A stretch of DNA of 64,000 bases. Origin: Podarcis filfolensis. Taxonomy: Eukaryota. This document shows positions 1-13,480 of the stretch, one piece after another (within the stretch, counting starts at the first letter, position 1; each line of letters opens with the position of its first letter). Both the position numbers and the translations under genes were made by a program. The stretch lies in assembly GCA_964270895.1 (NCBI GenBank), contig OZ185444.1; one strand, written 5' to 3'. A model generated the notes under the pieces. It worked only from the letters and a program-made list of their open reading frames with translations, was not told where the DNA came from and did not search any database.

Positions 1-1358
1 CATCCCCCAAGGTTTGTATGTTTAGACTGCATCACAAGACTCAGTGATGGAACAGAGCCCAAACTTGTAGGCCTTCAACTACTGATTCACAGCTCTTCTG
101 ATTGGCAGCTGCCAAAGCAGCAGTCTGTGATTAGCTATGCTGCTGTGAGGTCCAGAATTAGCAACTGTCATCAGACACATGTCTCTAGCAGGCAACTCAT
201 GACAAAGCGAGAAGTCTACCATTCAGAAGCCTGCAATTCAAACTGGAATTTCTGCACAATATTGTAGGAGCTCAACTGTTTCTCAGGCTGTAGCAAGGTT
301 TATTCTGACATGCAGCTAAACACATTTTGTGCGATGTCAAAAAAAAAAAAAAAGAGCAGTGTGAAATAAATTTGTGCGCAGTTGGGCATTTAGAATCTCA
401 CAAGGAGCTAAGTAGTTTCTAAAAAAGAAATATCTGAGAAAGATAAAAAGTAGAAAATTAGTATGAATATGAACTACTTTCAATTCTTTATAACCTTATA
501 TGAATAGTATATTATAGGACTAATTACTTGATTAGTCGAAGGCATTTATTAACTCCTCTTGAACTTACCCTCCAGCTGAGACATGCGTCTTCTGGGACTG
601 GATTCCTGCACAAGTCATGTGACCTGTGTGAGATTGCGACCCCAAAAGATGCACTTTGAGGGGGCCATGTTCTCACATGAGAGCACAGCAGCCCAAAACA
701 CGTGTTTTGGGTTGCCACACAAAATGGTCACCATACTCTTGCACACACAAAAACTAGATGTCCTTGTTTTACTGGGACAGTTGAGGGGTATGTGATATTA
801 ATAAATTTGTGTCCTAAACCTTATTCCAGACAGCGTTTTAAATAATACATGGTTAGAGGCAGCAACCTTCCATTTTTGAGCAGCCATTTTGTGAAGATAC
901 TCCATTAACACTTAGTATCACATAACTGTAATATTTAGCATGTTTTACAGGGATGATAGCCTGCTGGCTTCTTGTTCAAGAAGGGGCAAAAGCTTATGGG
1001 CTGTAGCACTAAATTATATCTCTCTCACAAATCCTACCTTTCCTCAGAAAGAAGACGTTCCACAGAAGCTCCTTAGCTTCTTTGTGAGTGGGGAGTACTG
1101 GAGACCTGTGGTATTTTCACAATATCTCAGCTTATTTATAAATATACCCGACTGAGCAGATGGGAATCACAAAGGCAATGATAGTCACCAAGCAACATTT
1201 AGTCCAGGGAAGGTTCTGGCAAGCTGCTTTTGCCAGAGAGAGATTTATTAGCAAATTCCCCCTGTTAAATTTCGAATTGAATCTGTGTTTCTCTCTCTTA
1301 TGCCTACATTAAAACAACAAATAAAATTGCAAAAGCTGTTCTCACACACATGCACATG

Positions 1359-1383
1359 TGCACACACACACACACACACACAC
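1359..1383. repeat. (CA)n microsatellite
   Basis: Read directly from the sequence. Confidence 0.85.
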
Positions 1384-3204
1384 CAGAAAAGTAGAGCTTG
1401 GTATGAATGCCAATCCAGTTACATAATGTTTGGGGTCTGCTCCTGCCTCTGTAATAGGGGTGGGGAACAACCAGTCCACAGGTCAAAGTAGATCCCCCAG
1501 GCCTGCAAGGCCATTTCAGTCAAGCCATGCCCAGCTGCCCTACTACTGACATCACATATGGCACCTGGTGTGAGGCAGGTAAAGATGCAGCTGAGCCTGC
1601 AGGAGGTGGGGTTAGAGGTGCTGCCCTTCAGCGGATTGGGACCACTTGTAAAGCCCTGTGCATAAACAGCGGCAAACAGCTTATTGTCTAGGCTTGCAAA
1701 AGCTCTGTGCAGCGTGATCTGCAAGCCTTGGCAAACAGCTCATCATATTGTTATGATTTGTGGGTGCAAGGCACCCTACATTCCAGATCAAACTAGTGTT
1801 AGTATTTAGTTAAGGTTGGTGTGTTAAACCTGTGTGTCACAGGAGCAGCATCCCCCACTCCAGCCCTAGCTTAGGGGCTTGAGCCTGATGTCACCTGCCT
1901 CAGGTTGCCTGCAGGTTCCCCAATGCTTGGCTTGCACTACAAGTCGGTCTTTTACACTGGTTAACTCCCAACAGGTACCCTGGACTGGGAGGGGATTCAA
2001 ACAGCAGGTGAGCAATTGGATCCCTACTAGCTCCTTCCCCTGGAATTCCATGTTAGGTTTTTTAATTAAATGTAGGGAAATGGGGCAGAATGTTGGGAAC
2101 TAGATCTTAGAACAAGAGTGACCCAACAAAGACATGCCGTATTTTCACTTTTGTACAATTACAGTTCCTGTGTCTTTCACTTGGTGCGTCATACAACTAT
2201 TTTATAATAATTAGTGTGGTTGTGGGAATGGAAGATACTTTAATAAGCAGGAGGAAAAGAAATGATAGTAGAAGGTAGAGAGGAATGTGGATTGAATCTG
2301 TATATGTCTACACAACATTGTGCCTCTGGTAGCGCACAATAATTTATCCAGTTATGTGTAAAATGAGAGATTTTGCCTCACTAATAACAAAAATGAACTG
2401 GGAATTTGGTTGCAAACTAAATCAAAAACTCTCTTTCATACCATTTAGAAGGTTCTCCAGGGGATTAAGGCTGCCCTGCTATAAATGGAACTGTAAACAA
2501 AAGTCCAAAACAATTATAAGAAAATTTCCCCAGTTGAAGTGCCAAAGAATGAATGCCCATTCTGCCCACACATCTTGTCTTTTTGGGAATTTGTCTATAT
2601 CTTTCCTTGCTAGGAGCTCTGATATAGTAGGAAGCACAAAGGTGGTTTATTAGACCTGCAAGGGTGCATCTGAACGGCAGAAGATTTACTGCCAAAAATC
2701 TGTCATAGGAAGGAGCCAAATCATTAGCTCTTCCTGCGTGATTGATCTTTCAAATATGACTAGCAGTGGTGTAAGAGCTACTGCTTTGCACTGTCTATGT
2801 CACCCCTGCAGGCAATGTTTGTAAGCTCCCCTTCACATTAATCCTTACCTATTTCAGGGTTACTTCCTCCGCAGTTGTTCCTGCACCAGTCTGGGTCTGT
2901 GTAGTGGATTATACCCACCTGGAGCATAAGAACATAAGAAGCAGTCTGAGACTCACTTGACCATCTGTCCGTCTAAGCCATCAAATTCAGGGTTACTACC
3001 CCCCCCCACCTCATCAGTGTGTTGCCTCATATGCACACGAGACCAGTTTGTAGCAGAATTTCCAGTTCTGGAAGGCTAGCTCTGCTGAGACACCCCTTCC
3101 CACCAGATCCTTCCCACCAGATTCTCCTGCCTCCTGATGCTGTTGGACTACCATCAGGCTCAGCCAGCAGGGACAATGTCCAGGAGATTGAGGGGGGGAG
3201 TTGC

Positions 3205-3350
3205 AGTCTAGCATCCCTGAGCTGCACAGATTGACAGAAGCTCTCAAGAGCTGCAACAGGGATCTTGCCAAACCGTACCTGCAGATTCCTGGGACTGAGC
3301 CAGGATCTTTTAAATACAAATCATGTGCTTTACCACCAAGCTATAGTCCT
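3205..3350 (-). mobile_element. Degenerate tRNA-Ala-derived SINE (Squam2-like)
   Basis: Reverse complement resembles GGGGxxGTAGCTCAGTGGTAGAGCA...GGTTCAATCCC followed by the typical body; heavily diverged. Confidence 0.45.
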
Positions 3351-5382
3351 ATCCTCAAAGATGGCATGCATTTATTCACTTATTACAGGGTTGTATTATA
3401 GGCTTGTATTATAGGGTTGTAGCCCAATCTGTAGCCCAGTTATAGGGTTGTAGCCTTGCACCCCAATCCTATGCATGTTTACTCAGCAAAAGTAAGTCCT
3501 AATTAGTTCAATGATTTTCTGAAATAGGTATGCATTTGGTGCAGCCTAACTTCCTATATCTCACAGCCTTGTTCTTTGGGTGTGATTAGCAAAACACTCA
3601 TCACATCCTGTGTCTGAAAGATACTATGTGCTAATAAGATGTCACTTCCAGCTGATTAGATATACCCAAGTTCTGTTGTTAATGACTACGTTATCTGTCT
3701 GAGAAAGTAAACAGATTCCCGATTAGTGAGATCCAAGATGTGCCACTTTTTCTGTTACTTAATACTGAACTTACAGTGATAACATACTCAAAAGTATCAG
3801 AACACCCCTAAAGCAGAAATCAAATCTATGCCAGACCTTATCACAAGGAGGTGTGCCAATGCCCAATATAACTAAGCACAACCTTGCTGTTATGTTAATA
3901 GCAATGTGCTATTGGATAGATTTGTGTATTAACCTTGAGCAGGAAAGCTTTGAGATCCCATTAGAGATGGTTCTCAGAGCAAGGCAGATGGGGGGCCTAT
4001 GAAAATTACTAAAGTTTGGGAATAATGTCACCCCAGTTGTGTAACTCCCCAGTCTTGATGGGATTTTGTTGCATGAGGAAGACCTTGTTTTCTCATTGTG
4101 TAGATTTTTTTTTTTGTCTTGAGTCTCTTTCTGCATAGTTATTATTTATTTGCTGTTGTATTCATGGTATTTTCACTGTATTTTATTAAATGTTATTGGT
4201 AAAATTATGTGGAAACCTCTTTTGCAGTCATGTGGTGGAATGCAGTATACAGAAGCATAAGATAAAATAAATCAGAGATGTGTCGGTTTCCGCCCTTCCA
4301 ACAGTATCTTCAGTAATGCATTATAAGGATTTTAGTGTGCCAGAAGAACAAGCGATGTCATTGTCAGAATCATGATATTACAAAATTTGTGGGATTCCCT
4401 CAAAGGGAGCAGAATTACTGTGTTTAATGAAGTAAAATATGCTACTCAAGGTCCAAACCTCATTTAGTAACTACAGTTTGGAAATCTAACGTTTAAGAAA
4501 CTGGAAGGAGTAAGACATGAGTAGAAAAGCAACGAAAGTTGAATATTTACAGTGCAAATCTACATCCGAACAAAGACCTACCAACTTCTATGGGTCTACT
4601 AGATAAGTGTTAATATTGTTTTAAGTAGGATGCTCATTTTTATCTAAAAATTGGTCCTTGCAAATATAATATACAGTTGGAAATGCAACCTATGAACCTT
4701 TTAAAAACGTGGTCAACCTGTGGCTCAGGGACCACACCCAGCCCCTGAACTTGTGTGATTTGTTTAATCTTTATTGTTTTTCGCTCTGCTTTGTAAGTCC
4801 AAATAGATGACAGAAAGACATATTAAAAAACAGAGGAAAACATCTCACTCTACAAAAGGGGGACACACACACCATATTTTAAAAAGGAAACAGCCATCCA
4901 CACCGAGTAGTGTTGTAAATGGTGATGTGTTCCTCATGCGTGGTCCATTCTTCCATAACATCAGAGTACATTCTTTTCTGTTTGTTTCATCCCAACTTCT
5001 ATAGTTTTAGAGCTCCCCCCCCCCCTCTTTCTATGTAGCTTCACAACAATTGGACCAGACAGTGTTTTATTGGATTAAAATTGATTTTTTAAACTTGTCT
5101 CTGGTTACATGTCTTGAAGAATAGAGGTTTCTGTCTTCCTACTGTCTGAAAACAAATTGGTAGGGTTTTGGCACACATGTGGGTGTGAGTGTGTGCATGT
5201 GTGCCACACTATAGCTGCATGCAGGCTGCACACATTATTCCTTTAAAACACATTCTTTCCCACATTCTGGACACTGTTATTTACCCCTCACAGAGCTGCA
5301 ATTCTCATCAACTCTTCACAAACTATGGTGTCCAGAATTCTTTGAGGGTGGGAAATGTGCCTCAAAAGTGCTTTTTGCAACA

Positions 5383-5510
5383 CAGGATAGCTGAGTCGGC
5401 AGAGCATGAGGCTCTCAGGGTCCTGGGTTTGAGCCCCATGTTGGGCAAAAGATTCCTGCATTCATTGCAGGGGTTGGACTAGATGACCCCCAGGGTCCCT
5501 TCCAACTCTT
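5383..5510 (+). mobile_element. tRNA-Lys-derived SINE with CR1-type 3' tail
   Basis: GGATAGCTGAGTCGGCAGAGCAT...GGGTTTGAGCCCCATGTTGGGCA (A and B boxes) followed by TTGGACTAGATGACC...CCCTTCCAACTC, the CR1 3' end. Confidence 0.75.
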
Positions 5511-7193
5511 CATAAGATCACAGCATTAGAATTGTAAAGTGTGGTGTGTATACAGCAAAGAAATGTGCTAAATCTGTTATCAAGGGATGTGGTTTTGGAG
5601 TATGGGAAATGCAAGCCACCACTTAATTCAGTTAATAAAATTAAAGAGCTATCATAAATTATGAGCACATAAACCCCTCTGATTGGCAAAATGCCAGTAA
5701 GGCCAGCTTCTTGCTTTGTCTCTCGCATGATTTGTTGCAAGTTGCACTTTACATGTAGACAAAGTGTAAACTTTAAGCGTAACAAGTGTTCCTGAAGACC
5801 ACTGAGGAGACTTCCAGCAAAAGCATCTGAACAGCTTTTGGATCTCTGTTCAACGGAAGGTTTAATAACAAGAAACTTGAGGAAGGGGAAAAGCAGATAT
5901 TATAAATCATTCTGTCCAAGGAAGAGAATCCATGAACAGAATATGTTAGGAGACTCAAAGGCGATGAAATGGATTACGGAATCATGGAATTTGCTTTTTA
6001 AAAAATAAAAGAAAATAAAAAATCCTTCTTCTTTTTTAAGATCACTCTCTAATGTTGCTGTGCATCTTCCCTGGTTTTAACAAAGCTCTTGCTGACAGTT
6101 AAAACGAAGAGAATGGTGGTTTCAGTCCTCTGTCTGCTTATATGTCCAGAAATTCACAGACTGCCTCCCCTCCTCTGTACATTGGCAATGCAGATAGTGG
6201 TCAATGGAAGCTGGAGTTCAAAATATTTGGGGGGCCACAGATTACTGATCCCTGAGTCAGTAGCAGGCACAGAAAGACTTCTGCCTGGCACTTTGGAAAA
6301 CTGTCCGAGTCAACAATACTGGGTTAGATAGTCTACCACTGCAGAAGCTTTGCTCCTTCATTTTGTTCCTCTGTCTGTTTCATTAGCTTTTGGTCTATTA
6401 AAATGTTGCTGCACTATTGATTTTCTTTTCTTGCTCTGCAGTTACCAATAACTTACCATGTATTTACCTATCAGCACACAGAGATTTATGATTTATTTCC
6501 AGGAGGGATACTAGACTGAAACCTCCCTTTAAAGAACAAGGTTGCAGAACCTTGTTTGTACTGAAGGCATCAAATATACAGCTTGGCTATATGAGGTGCT
6601 GGAAATTCTAATCAAAACCAGCTGTGAGTTTGGAACAGGATGTCTTCTTCCTCTTACCTGCCAGGTTTCATAGTAGAGTCCAATGTGGCACGCATATTCA
6701 AACCCAAATGTTTGGCAAAGGAGGGGAGTGCATGAATGATAATAAGATAGCTATGCTAATAAAAAGCATGTGCCACAGACAAGCTGAAAACAAGTCAAAA
6801 GCCAAACTTGCGTCATCAAACAAAACCTCCATTGAAAGCAAAAAAAATACTGCCAACCACATGGTGTTTAAAAATAAAATTAAAAATGCTATATCAGCAT
6901 CAGGCATGCATGTGCTATGTGCCCCCCAGTGGTGAAATCAAGATGCAGCCATAGGAAATTCATTTGTCAGGTTTCAATGGCTGCATTTGACATGGCTAAT
7001 TCCATGATGAGGAGCGGTATAAGGAAGCTGGAGAAAGTTTTGGGATCAAATTGCCTTGGGATGATGGCAAGGAAATGTCACCTTGTGTGGATTTGTGTGG
7101 CCTTGGCACATGTGACAACAGAAATCTGGTTCATTCACTGTTCTCCCATCGAACAGCTCAGTACTCCAAGTCTGTGCTGCCAGCATAAAGTAC

Positions 7194-7790
7194 TGTTATA
7201 GATCAGGGGGAATGCCCCCCCTTAAACCCAAGAAATTAATAAATGGCTGGATCTTGATTATTTGTGGTATTGGAGGGATCATTGGAGGTCATTGGAAAAG
7301 TACAGGCTAAGCTTCCTTTCCAAGCCCATGCCTCACCTGGGATAGAGGCATTAACATGACAAAAGGGGTTGATGGCCCAACTAAGAGGAATCTTGGGCCT
7401 GGGCAGACAGAAGGTTGCCAGGGTAACTGGGTGTGAGGTGACAGAAAAAGAGTGTCTTCTTGAGCAAGTTGTGCTGGGAAGAAGGGAGAGAGAGAGAAAG
7501 ACTGAGATCCATCTTGGGCAGGCTGGCTGAAGGCTGGCTGGGAGAGATGCCTGTAGGACTCCAGGGCTGCACTAAAACCCCTCTTGAAATTACTATGCTG
7601 TAAGATCTGGATTCCCTCTATGCAGACTAAAGGTGTAAATAGAAAATAAACCATATTTCTTGAAGCTACAACAGCTTCCACCATGTTTCAATTCTCCAAA
7701 GTAACACAAACCCTGGGTGAGTGCCTGGGACCCCATGAACTCTTGTTACCACTTGGCAGAGAGAGGGGCAGGAACCCAACTTTTCTAACA
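7194..7790 (+). mobile_element. Solo LTR (Gypsy- or ERV-like), 597 bp
   Basis: Begins TGTTA, ends TAACA; flanked by a 4-bp duplication GTAC (7190-7193 and 7791-7794); AATAAA at 7645-7650. Confidence 0.7.
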
Positions 7791-9106
7791 GTACCATAAG
7801 CAACTGGAGTGGTAAATGTGAAGCAAGTAAGATATATGTATTCCGTGCTGGACGCTATGGTGGAAACAGGAGAATCATGGATAGCAACGGATTCACCATG
7901 AAAATAAAGAGTAGACTAGCCCTTAAGCCTGCTGTAAGATTATATGGCGGAGAGGTGGTCCTTGTTACAAAAGTGTTGTACACTCTGAATGGTCTAAAGC
8001 ACTCATTTCTGATCTGGGGGTTGGCAAGGTGCTGCAGGATCTACATTAATGAAAGCGTAAAATGTAGCAGAGGCAGAGGCATGCCCAAGAAAGGCGACAG
8101 TCACTTGCAGGTCATTGGGAAAAAAGTTGGGAGCAGTTGTGCTGGCTTGGGCAAGATCATTGTCTCTGTGCCTGTTAAGCTTACCAGCTGAAACCAGTGT
8201 GGCCCATGTGATGACCTTTCTGGACGTCAATGTTGTGGCACTGCCTAAAAACAGCCTAGTCTGGCCACCCCGGGCAGTTGCAGTTGTCTTTCCCTGGTCC
8301 TACTTTTGCAATTCCCTATCACCCAGTAAGTTTGCTGGGAGCTGGTGCCTAGGAAGCACTGGGGACCCCAAGGGGGCACCTTTCCAAGGGCTCCTGACAT
8401 CTTTCCACCTGGACATCCTCCTGTACCGATTCACATCAAGGCTGTCTATGCATGTTGGGTTCTTGCTTTAGCCTGCATGCTTTCTCTGACGCATTCAGCC
8501 TACAATGTGTTTCTTTTTCATTTCCATTTAATATTAAATGTTTTGACCCAATTTAGCGTCGGCTATTATCCTGAAAAGATTGTGTAGCACAAAACTGCTC
8601 AGCAATAAACTGGCTGCTTGAAAACATCCCCATTAAAATAAATAGATGAAAATGCGACTGCTGGATATTATTTACTATTTTCACAAACCTGGGGGTTTGT
8701 CTTTGCAAAAGCTTCAGAATTTGAGCATGCATCTTGTTAACGGAAATGTAAGGCCGCTTGCTTATTCAAGGTTCAGTGCAAGCAGCAAATAGCTTATGGA
8801 TGTAAGCTAAATGCTCACGTGAAAATCAATGCCTTTGTGCTTTCATCTGAGCATAGATTTCTTTCAAAAGTTGAGCACTGTAACATTAATCCATAATTCT
8901 CTTTCATACAAAGCTTGGCCTTTAATATGAGTCTTCCTTAATAACAACATCCGAGGTGCTGTATGAATCGAACCACTATCCTAATACCACCATATCTGTC
9001 TTTCCCATTAATGCCTCAAACCTGACTGCATTTACTGAGAACTAGACTAAATGTCTGAAGATGCCCCTAAAAGGAGCTCCCGTGGCACGTTTTCAATACT
9101 TCAGTT

Positions 9107-9297
9107 CAGTGGCGTAGCGTGGGGGGTGCAGGGGGGGCCGGCCGCACCGGGCACAACATCTGGGGGTTAGGGTTAGGGGGCGCAAATCCACGGGTTAGGG
9201 GGCGCAAATCCATGGGTTAGGGGGCGCAAATCCATGGGTTAGGGGGCGAAAATTACTTGCCTTGCCCCGGGTGCTGACAACCCACGCTACGCCCCTG
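9107..9297. mobile_element. hAT-type MITE with internal 22-bp TTAGGG-containing tandem repeats
   Basis: TIRs CAGTGGCGTAGCGTGGG / CCCACGCTACGCCCCTG; perfect 8-bp TSD CTTCAGTT (9099-9106 and 9298-9305). Confidence 0.9.
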
Positions 9298-9342
9298 CTT
9301 CAGTTTAAGCTTTAGTACATAGCCTGTGCAGGTGTTCCTCCT

Positions 9343-9540
9343 GCAGCCTAGTGCCGTGTTTAGAGCATAGGACTAGCACCGGGGGTACCAGGATTCACAT
9401 CCCCCACTCAGCCATGAGGCTCACTGGGTGACATTTGGCCAGTCACCTTCTCTCAGCTAGCCTACCTTGCAGAGGATAAAATGGGAAAGAGAAGACCCAC
9501 TTTGAACTCCTTAGAGTAAAGGTGGGATAGAAATGTAAAT
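9343..9540 (+). mobile_element. tRNA-derived SINE (Squam3-like)
   Basis: tRNA-like head (...GGACTAG...CCAGGATTCACATCCCCACTCAGCCATGAGGCTCACTGGGTGAC) and tail GAGGATAAAATGG...AAAGGTGGGATAGAAATGTAAAT. Confidence 0.7.
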
Positions 9541-9948
9541 GCTACACGTAAACTTCTAAAGCTTCTATGCTCATGGAAGCTTCCTGCGTAATTTGGAACC
9601 CTGCATAATTGGGATTTTAAATCACAATGGGGAATCTCCAGGCATACAGGAGACTTACCACTTCAGAAGTTGGGTGCCCGCAGATTGGATGGTAATGAGA
9701 AGTGGGGGAGAGAGTTTAGTGCCCGCGTTGCCACCCTCCCTGCAGCCTGAACACTTGCATACAGCCAATGGAGGTGGGAGGCATTTTGACCCAGGGCCTT
9801 GAGATCAAAGGGAGACTCAGATTTGGACACTTGCTAATCTTTTGGCATTTGATAAGTTTCCCAAGTGGTTCTTATGCACATCAGATCAAATTGTGACACA
9901 CTCCCCCAGTTTAGAGGTGCAAATTTAAACAAGTACGGGATGTGACTG

Positions 9949-10124
9949 GACAGTGGAATTTGCTGCCAAGGAGTGTGGTGGAGTCTCCTTCTTTGGAGGT
10001 CTTTAAGCAGAGGCTTGACAACCATATGTCAGGAGTGCTCTGATGGTGTTTCCTGCTTGGCAGGGGGTTGGACTCGATGGCCCTTGTGGTCTCTTCCAAC
10101 TCTATGATGATTCTATGATTCTAT
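9949..10124 (+). mobile_element. CR1 LINE, 5'-truncated 3' end (young subfamily)
   Basis: GACAGTGGAATTTGCTGCCAAGGAGTGTGGTGGAG...GGTCTCTTCCAACTCTATGA(TTCTATGA)n, the CR1 terminal octamer tail; nearly identical to 30308-30514. Confidence 0.9.
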
Positions 10125-11147
10125 CCCAGTAGCTGCTGGTGCCCTTCTCTAGGTCATCCTCATCCTGCCAGTCCTGGGGCTCCAACTCCATGTGTCTCCA
10201 TGACACAGGATCATAACTGTGCAGATGGCTGCCATGCAGTCTCCACACACCCCATCCACAGCTTTCTGTTCTGTGGTGGTGACCTACTTGGCAAAATGTT
10301 TACATTGCTCCACATAAGAGAGGTTGGAGGAATTACAGCCATGGGAAATGACAGTTTGGGCAGCACTCAGGTGGCCTGTGTAACGTGTGCCTCATCTCTT
10401 ACTCCCATGGAAATCAGGAGTACTTCCTTCCAAGCAGATGCCTTTAGGGGGGAAACTAGGATTGAGGCAGTAGGGTGGTTCCTATGTGCATAATAATCAC
10501 CTGACTGCAGCATCATGTGGTGGCATAATAGGCATAATTTCATCCTGTAGTTGGAACTCTCCTATTGCCCTCAAACATGATGGTGTCAGTTCATTCTGCT
10601 CCAAGTCAATCAGGGCTGGTTCACACAATGTGCATGTTTATTATCTGATGCAGCCTGAAGTGATGAGCCACATCTATGAACGGGCCACTACAAACAGAAT
10701 TTCCATATCTCATGGCTTCACTTCATCTGCCATGCTTTTTAACTGAAGAGCTCACATGAGAATTAAATTTGTTTAAAAGTACATTGGATCCAACTGGGCG
10801 GTTGTCTTTAGTTGGTTTGAAGTAAGATTTGCTTGCATGAGGTGGGGAGGGATTGGTGGGTCAAGTTAGCCATTTTGCTTTGTATGCTGTCTATTCTGCC
10901 AGCTTTTGAAGATGCACCTGTTTGCACAGGTGTTCTGTTGATCTATTGACCCGAGTCTTCTGTTTTAATTACTATGCTGTTTTAATAGGATTGTTTTATT
11001 GCATAATTTCATTATATATGTTTTTATTTTAATGTTCAATGGGTTGTTGCTTCTTGTATATTGATTAGGGATGCATATATTTTAATGTTTGTATAATTGG
11101 TTTTTATGCTTGTAAACGGCTTAGAAGTCTATTTGGCATTAGGCATA

Positions 11148-11177
<30 letters not shown>
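11148..11177. repeat. (ATG)10 microsatellite, probably the tail of a decayed LINE 3' end
   Basis: Read directly from the sequence. Confidence 0.9.
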
Positions 11178-11179
<2 letters not shown>

Positions 11180-11334
11180 GAAAAATGCTTCTTAGAGGGG
11201 AGAATATGCCTGGCAGGCCCTGTCTTGGCATGAGCACATTCATTAAGCAGTGTATGGAGTCCTTACATGCATAGAGAGTGTACACACCCTGGCTCTGCCT
11301 ATGTAGTCTGCTTGTGTGTGAGCACTAGAAAAAC

Positions 11335-11335
<1 letters not shown>

Positions 11336-11381
<46 letters not shown>

Positions 11382-11390
11382 AGGAAAGAA
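11336..11390. repeat. (GAAA)n microsatellite
   Basis: Read directly from the sequence. Confidence 0.9.
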
Positions 11391-13257
11391 TTTAAATAGA
11401 CAAATGTGCAGGTAGGCAAGAGATGTGTGGCGCCTCACAGGCACTATCAAGCAGGTGCCAGGGACACATGCTACAGTTCAAGGGCAGCTGTTTGAGTGCA
11501 GGGAAGCAGCCATTCGCCCCACGTGACAGTGACTGCTAGGCCAAGGTCACCCGACAGATTCAGCGATCGTGCCATGGTCTCTACGGGCCAGAAAGGCCTA
11601 GAGAGCAGCAAATGCTTCATTTATTTCATATTGGGGGCTTCCTAAGCTAGAAAACCTGTTGCTGCAGCATAGGGCTTCGGTGAGCAGGAGCTGTGAGTTG
11701 GATCCAAGGTTCCCTTCCTCTGCTGGAAGAAACTTCCTCCAGTGCAAGGAGCATTCAAATGACTGAAGAAGCCACCTCCTACTGCAAAAAGCTCTGGGCA
11801 TCGGAGAAATGATACTTTTGAATCTAGCCCTATAACTCAGAGTATCGGGTACTGGGGAGAAACAGGAGGCCTCACTTTTGTGCCTTCTTTAGGAGCTGGC
11901 AAGAGGCATCTGGTGGGCAGCAGAATGCTGAGCTGGAGGGTCCTTTGGTCTTGCTCCCCAGGGAAGTCCTCAAGTTCTACTTATGTTCTACAACACCCAT
12001 GTTCTTCTCATAGTCCAGACTCTTTTGCTATTATTGACTGCCCTCCATGTACTCATTGTCTTGAGGAACACCTATCATTCAACATATGCTGCATGTTCAA
12101 AGTTTTCCCTGTTTTTTCTTGTATAGCGAAAACACAGAGATTGAAAAGCAATATTAATAACTGGTTTACACTTTTTCTACTTTACTTTGCTTTGATCTAC
12201 TCTTACTTTATTGTTGTGCTTTAATATTATTTAACGTTAATATGATTTAAGTGGTGAAAATAAGGAGTGGGAGCGCATTCTATCTGATTAGACATCTCTC
12301 TCAGGACTAGGATTTAATATCAGCTTCAATTGGCACATCATAAAATGCATTTGAAATCAAACTTTCCTTGCATCCAATTTGTTGGGAGACGGCATTCTGT
12401 TAAGGGGAAAACACAGCATGACTCTGGAATGAGGTAAGCCCAACAACCAATAAATCAATTACTTACATTATCTACAAGGGCACACAATAAATACACATTT
12501 TTCATACTTATAAATCAGTTCATAGAAATCAATGGCTTTTCAGTATTGCTCCTCATGTGGAGATCTTCACAGCATTTCTTATTCCTTTCCTTTAAGCCAT
12601 TCTACTTTCTAAATGTCAAAAGAAGAAGGAGGGAATCCTTCCTGCTTAACTTCCAGTAATTATGGAAAGCTTTGTCAAGGAAGGATTAATACAATAGCTT
12701 AGACATTCTTTTCTCTGACCTTTCTGATAAAGAATGGCTTAAAAATAAAATAAAAGTGTATTGTCAAGTTAAATATTTTGGCTTTAGTGTTACAGAGTTA
12801 AATGTTTTCATTTGTCAGTTGCTGAGATGGAAATGGGCACGTTGACAGTTTCAGCTTTGCAGGAGAACCGGCCTCGTTCTGGAACTCTTTGCCCATGTCA
12901 AATTGATGTTGACAGAAAGAAAAAAGAACACAGCTCAGTTAGCAGCCACCATACCTGGCCATTTGCAAAGGCATTTGCAAGGGCTCATGGGCCCCTGGCA
13001 GTACTTCTTCAGACTGCAGCAACCACTGCCCCTCGGCCCACCGTGTGCTCTCTTGCTTGCAAATGGGCTCACTTAGTGATAGCGGCAGTGACCGTGACAT
13101 TGAAAAGGGCTTGGAGCCAAGCCTAGCATAGCATAAGAGGAGGCTGGTGGCTGTTCCAGACTTCCCCCAAACAAGAGGGTGTACCCACCAGTTGCACCTG
13201 CATGAGAGCAATGGGGGTGGCAAGGCTGGGGGCTGCAGAAGTGCCACCACGTTCATA

Positions 13258-13480
13258 AGGCTATCAAGGGCTACTGGCCATGTTGGCTCTGTTCTGCCTT
13301 CACAGTCAGAGGCAGTGATGCTTCTGAATACCAGCTGCTGGAAACTGCAGGAGAGGAGAGGGCTCTTGTGCTCGGTCCTGCTTCCAGACTTCCCATGGGC
13401 ATCTGGTTGGGCACTGTAAGAATAGGATGCTGGACTAAATAGGCCATTGCTCACATCCAGCAGGGCTGTTCTTACGTTCT
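13258..13480 (+). mobile_element. CR1 LINE 3' end (older subfamily)
   Basis: GGCTATCAAGGGCTACTGGCCATG...GGATGCTGGACTAAATAGGCCATTG...CAGCAGGGCTGTTCTTACGTTCT; same family as the minus-strand piece at 48366-48478. Confidence 0.7.

Noticed and set aside
5383-5455. tRNA-Lys-like sequence
   Set aside because: The anticodon arm is deleted and it is fused to a CR1 tail, so it is a SINE head, not a tRNA gene.
6900-8590. Cluster of 75-125-aa ORFs around the solo LTR, considered as a possible retrogene or LTR internal region
   Set aside because: I could not recognise any protein family in any frame, and no gag/pol motifs, PBS or PPT are visible.
11760-11800. CTGAAGA...AAAGCTC, a possible second hammerhead
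   Set aside because: No stem II pairing, no GAAA and no stem I complement.
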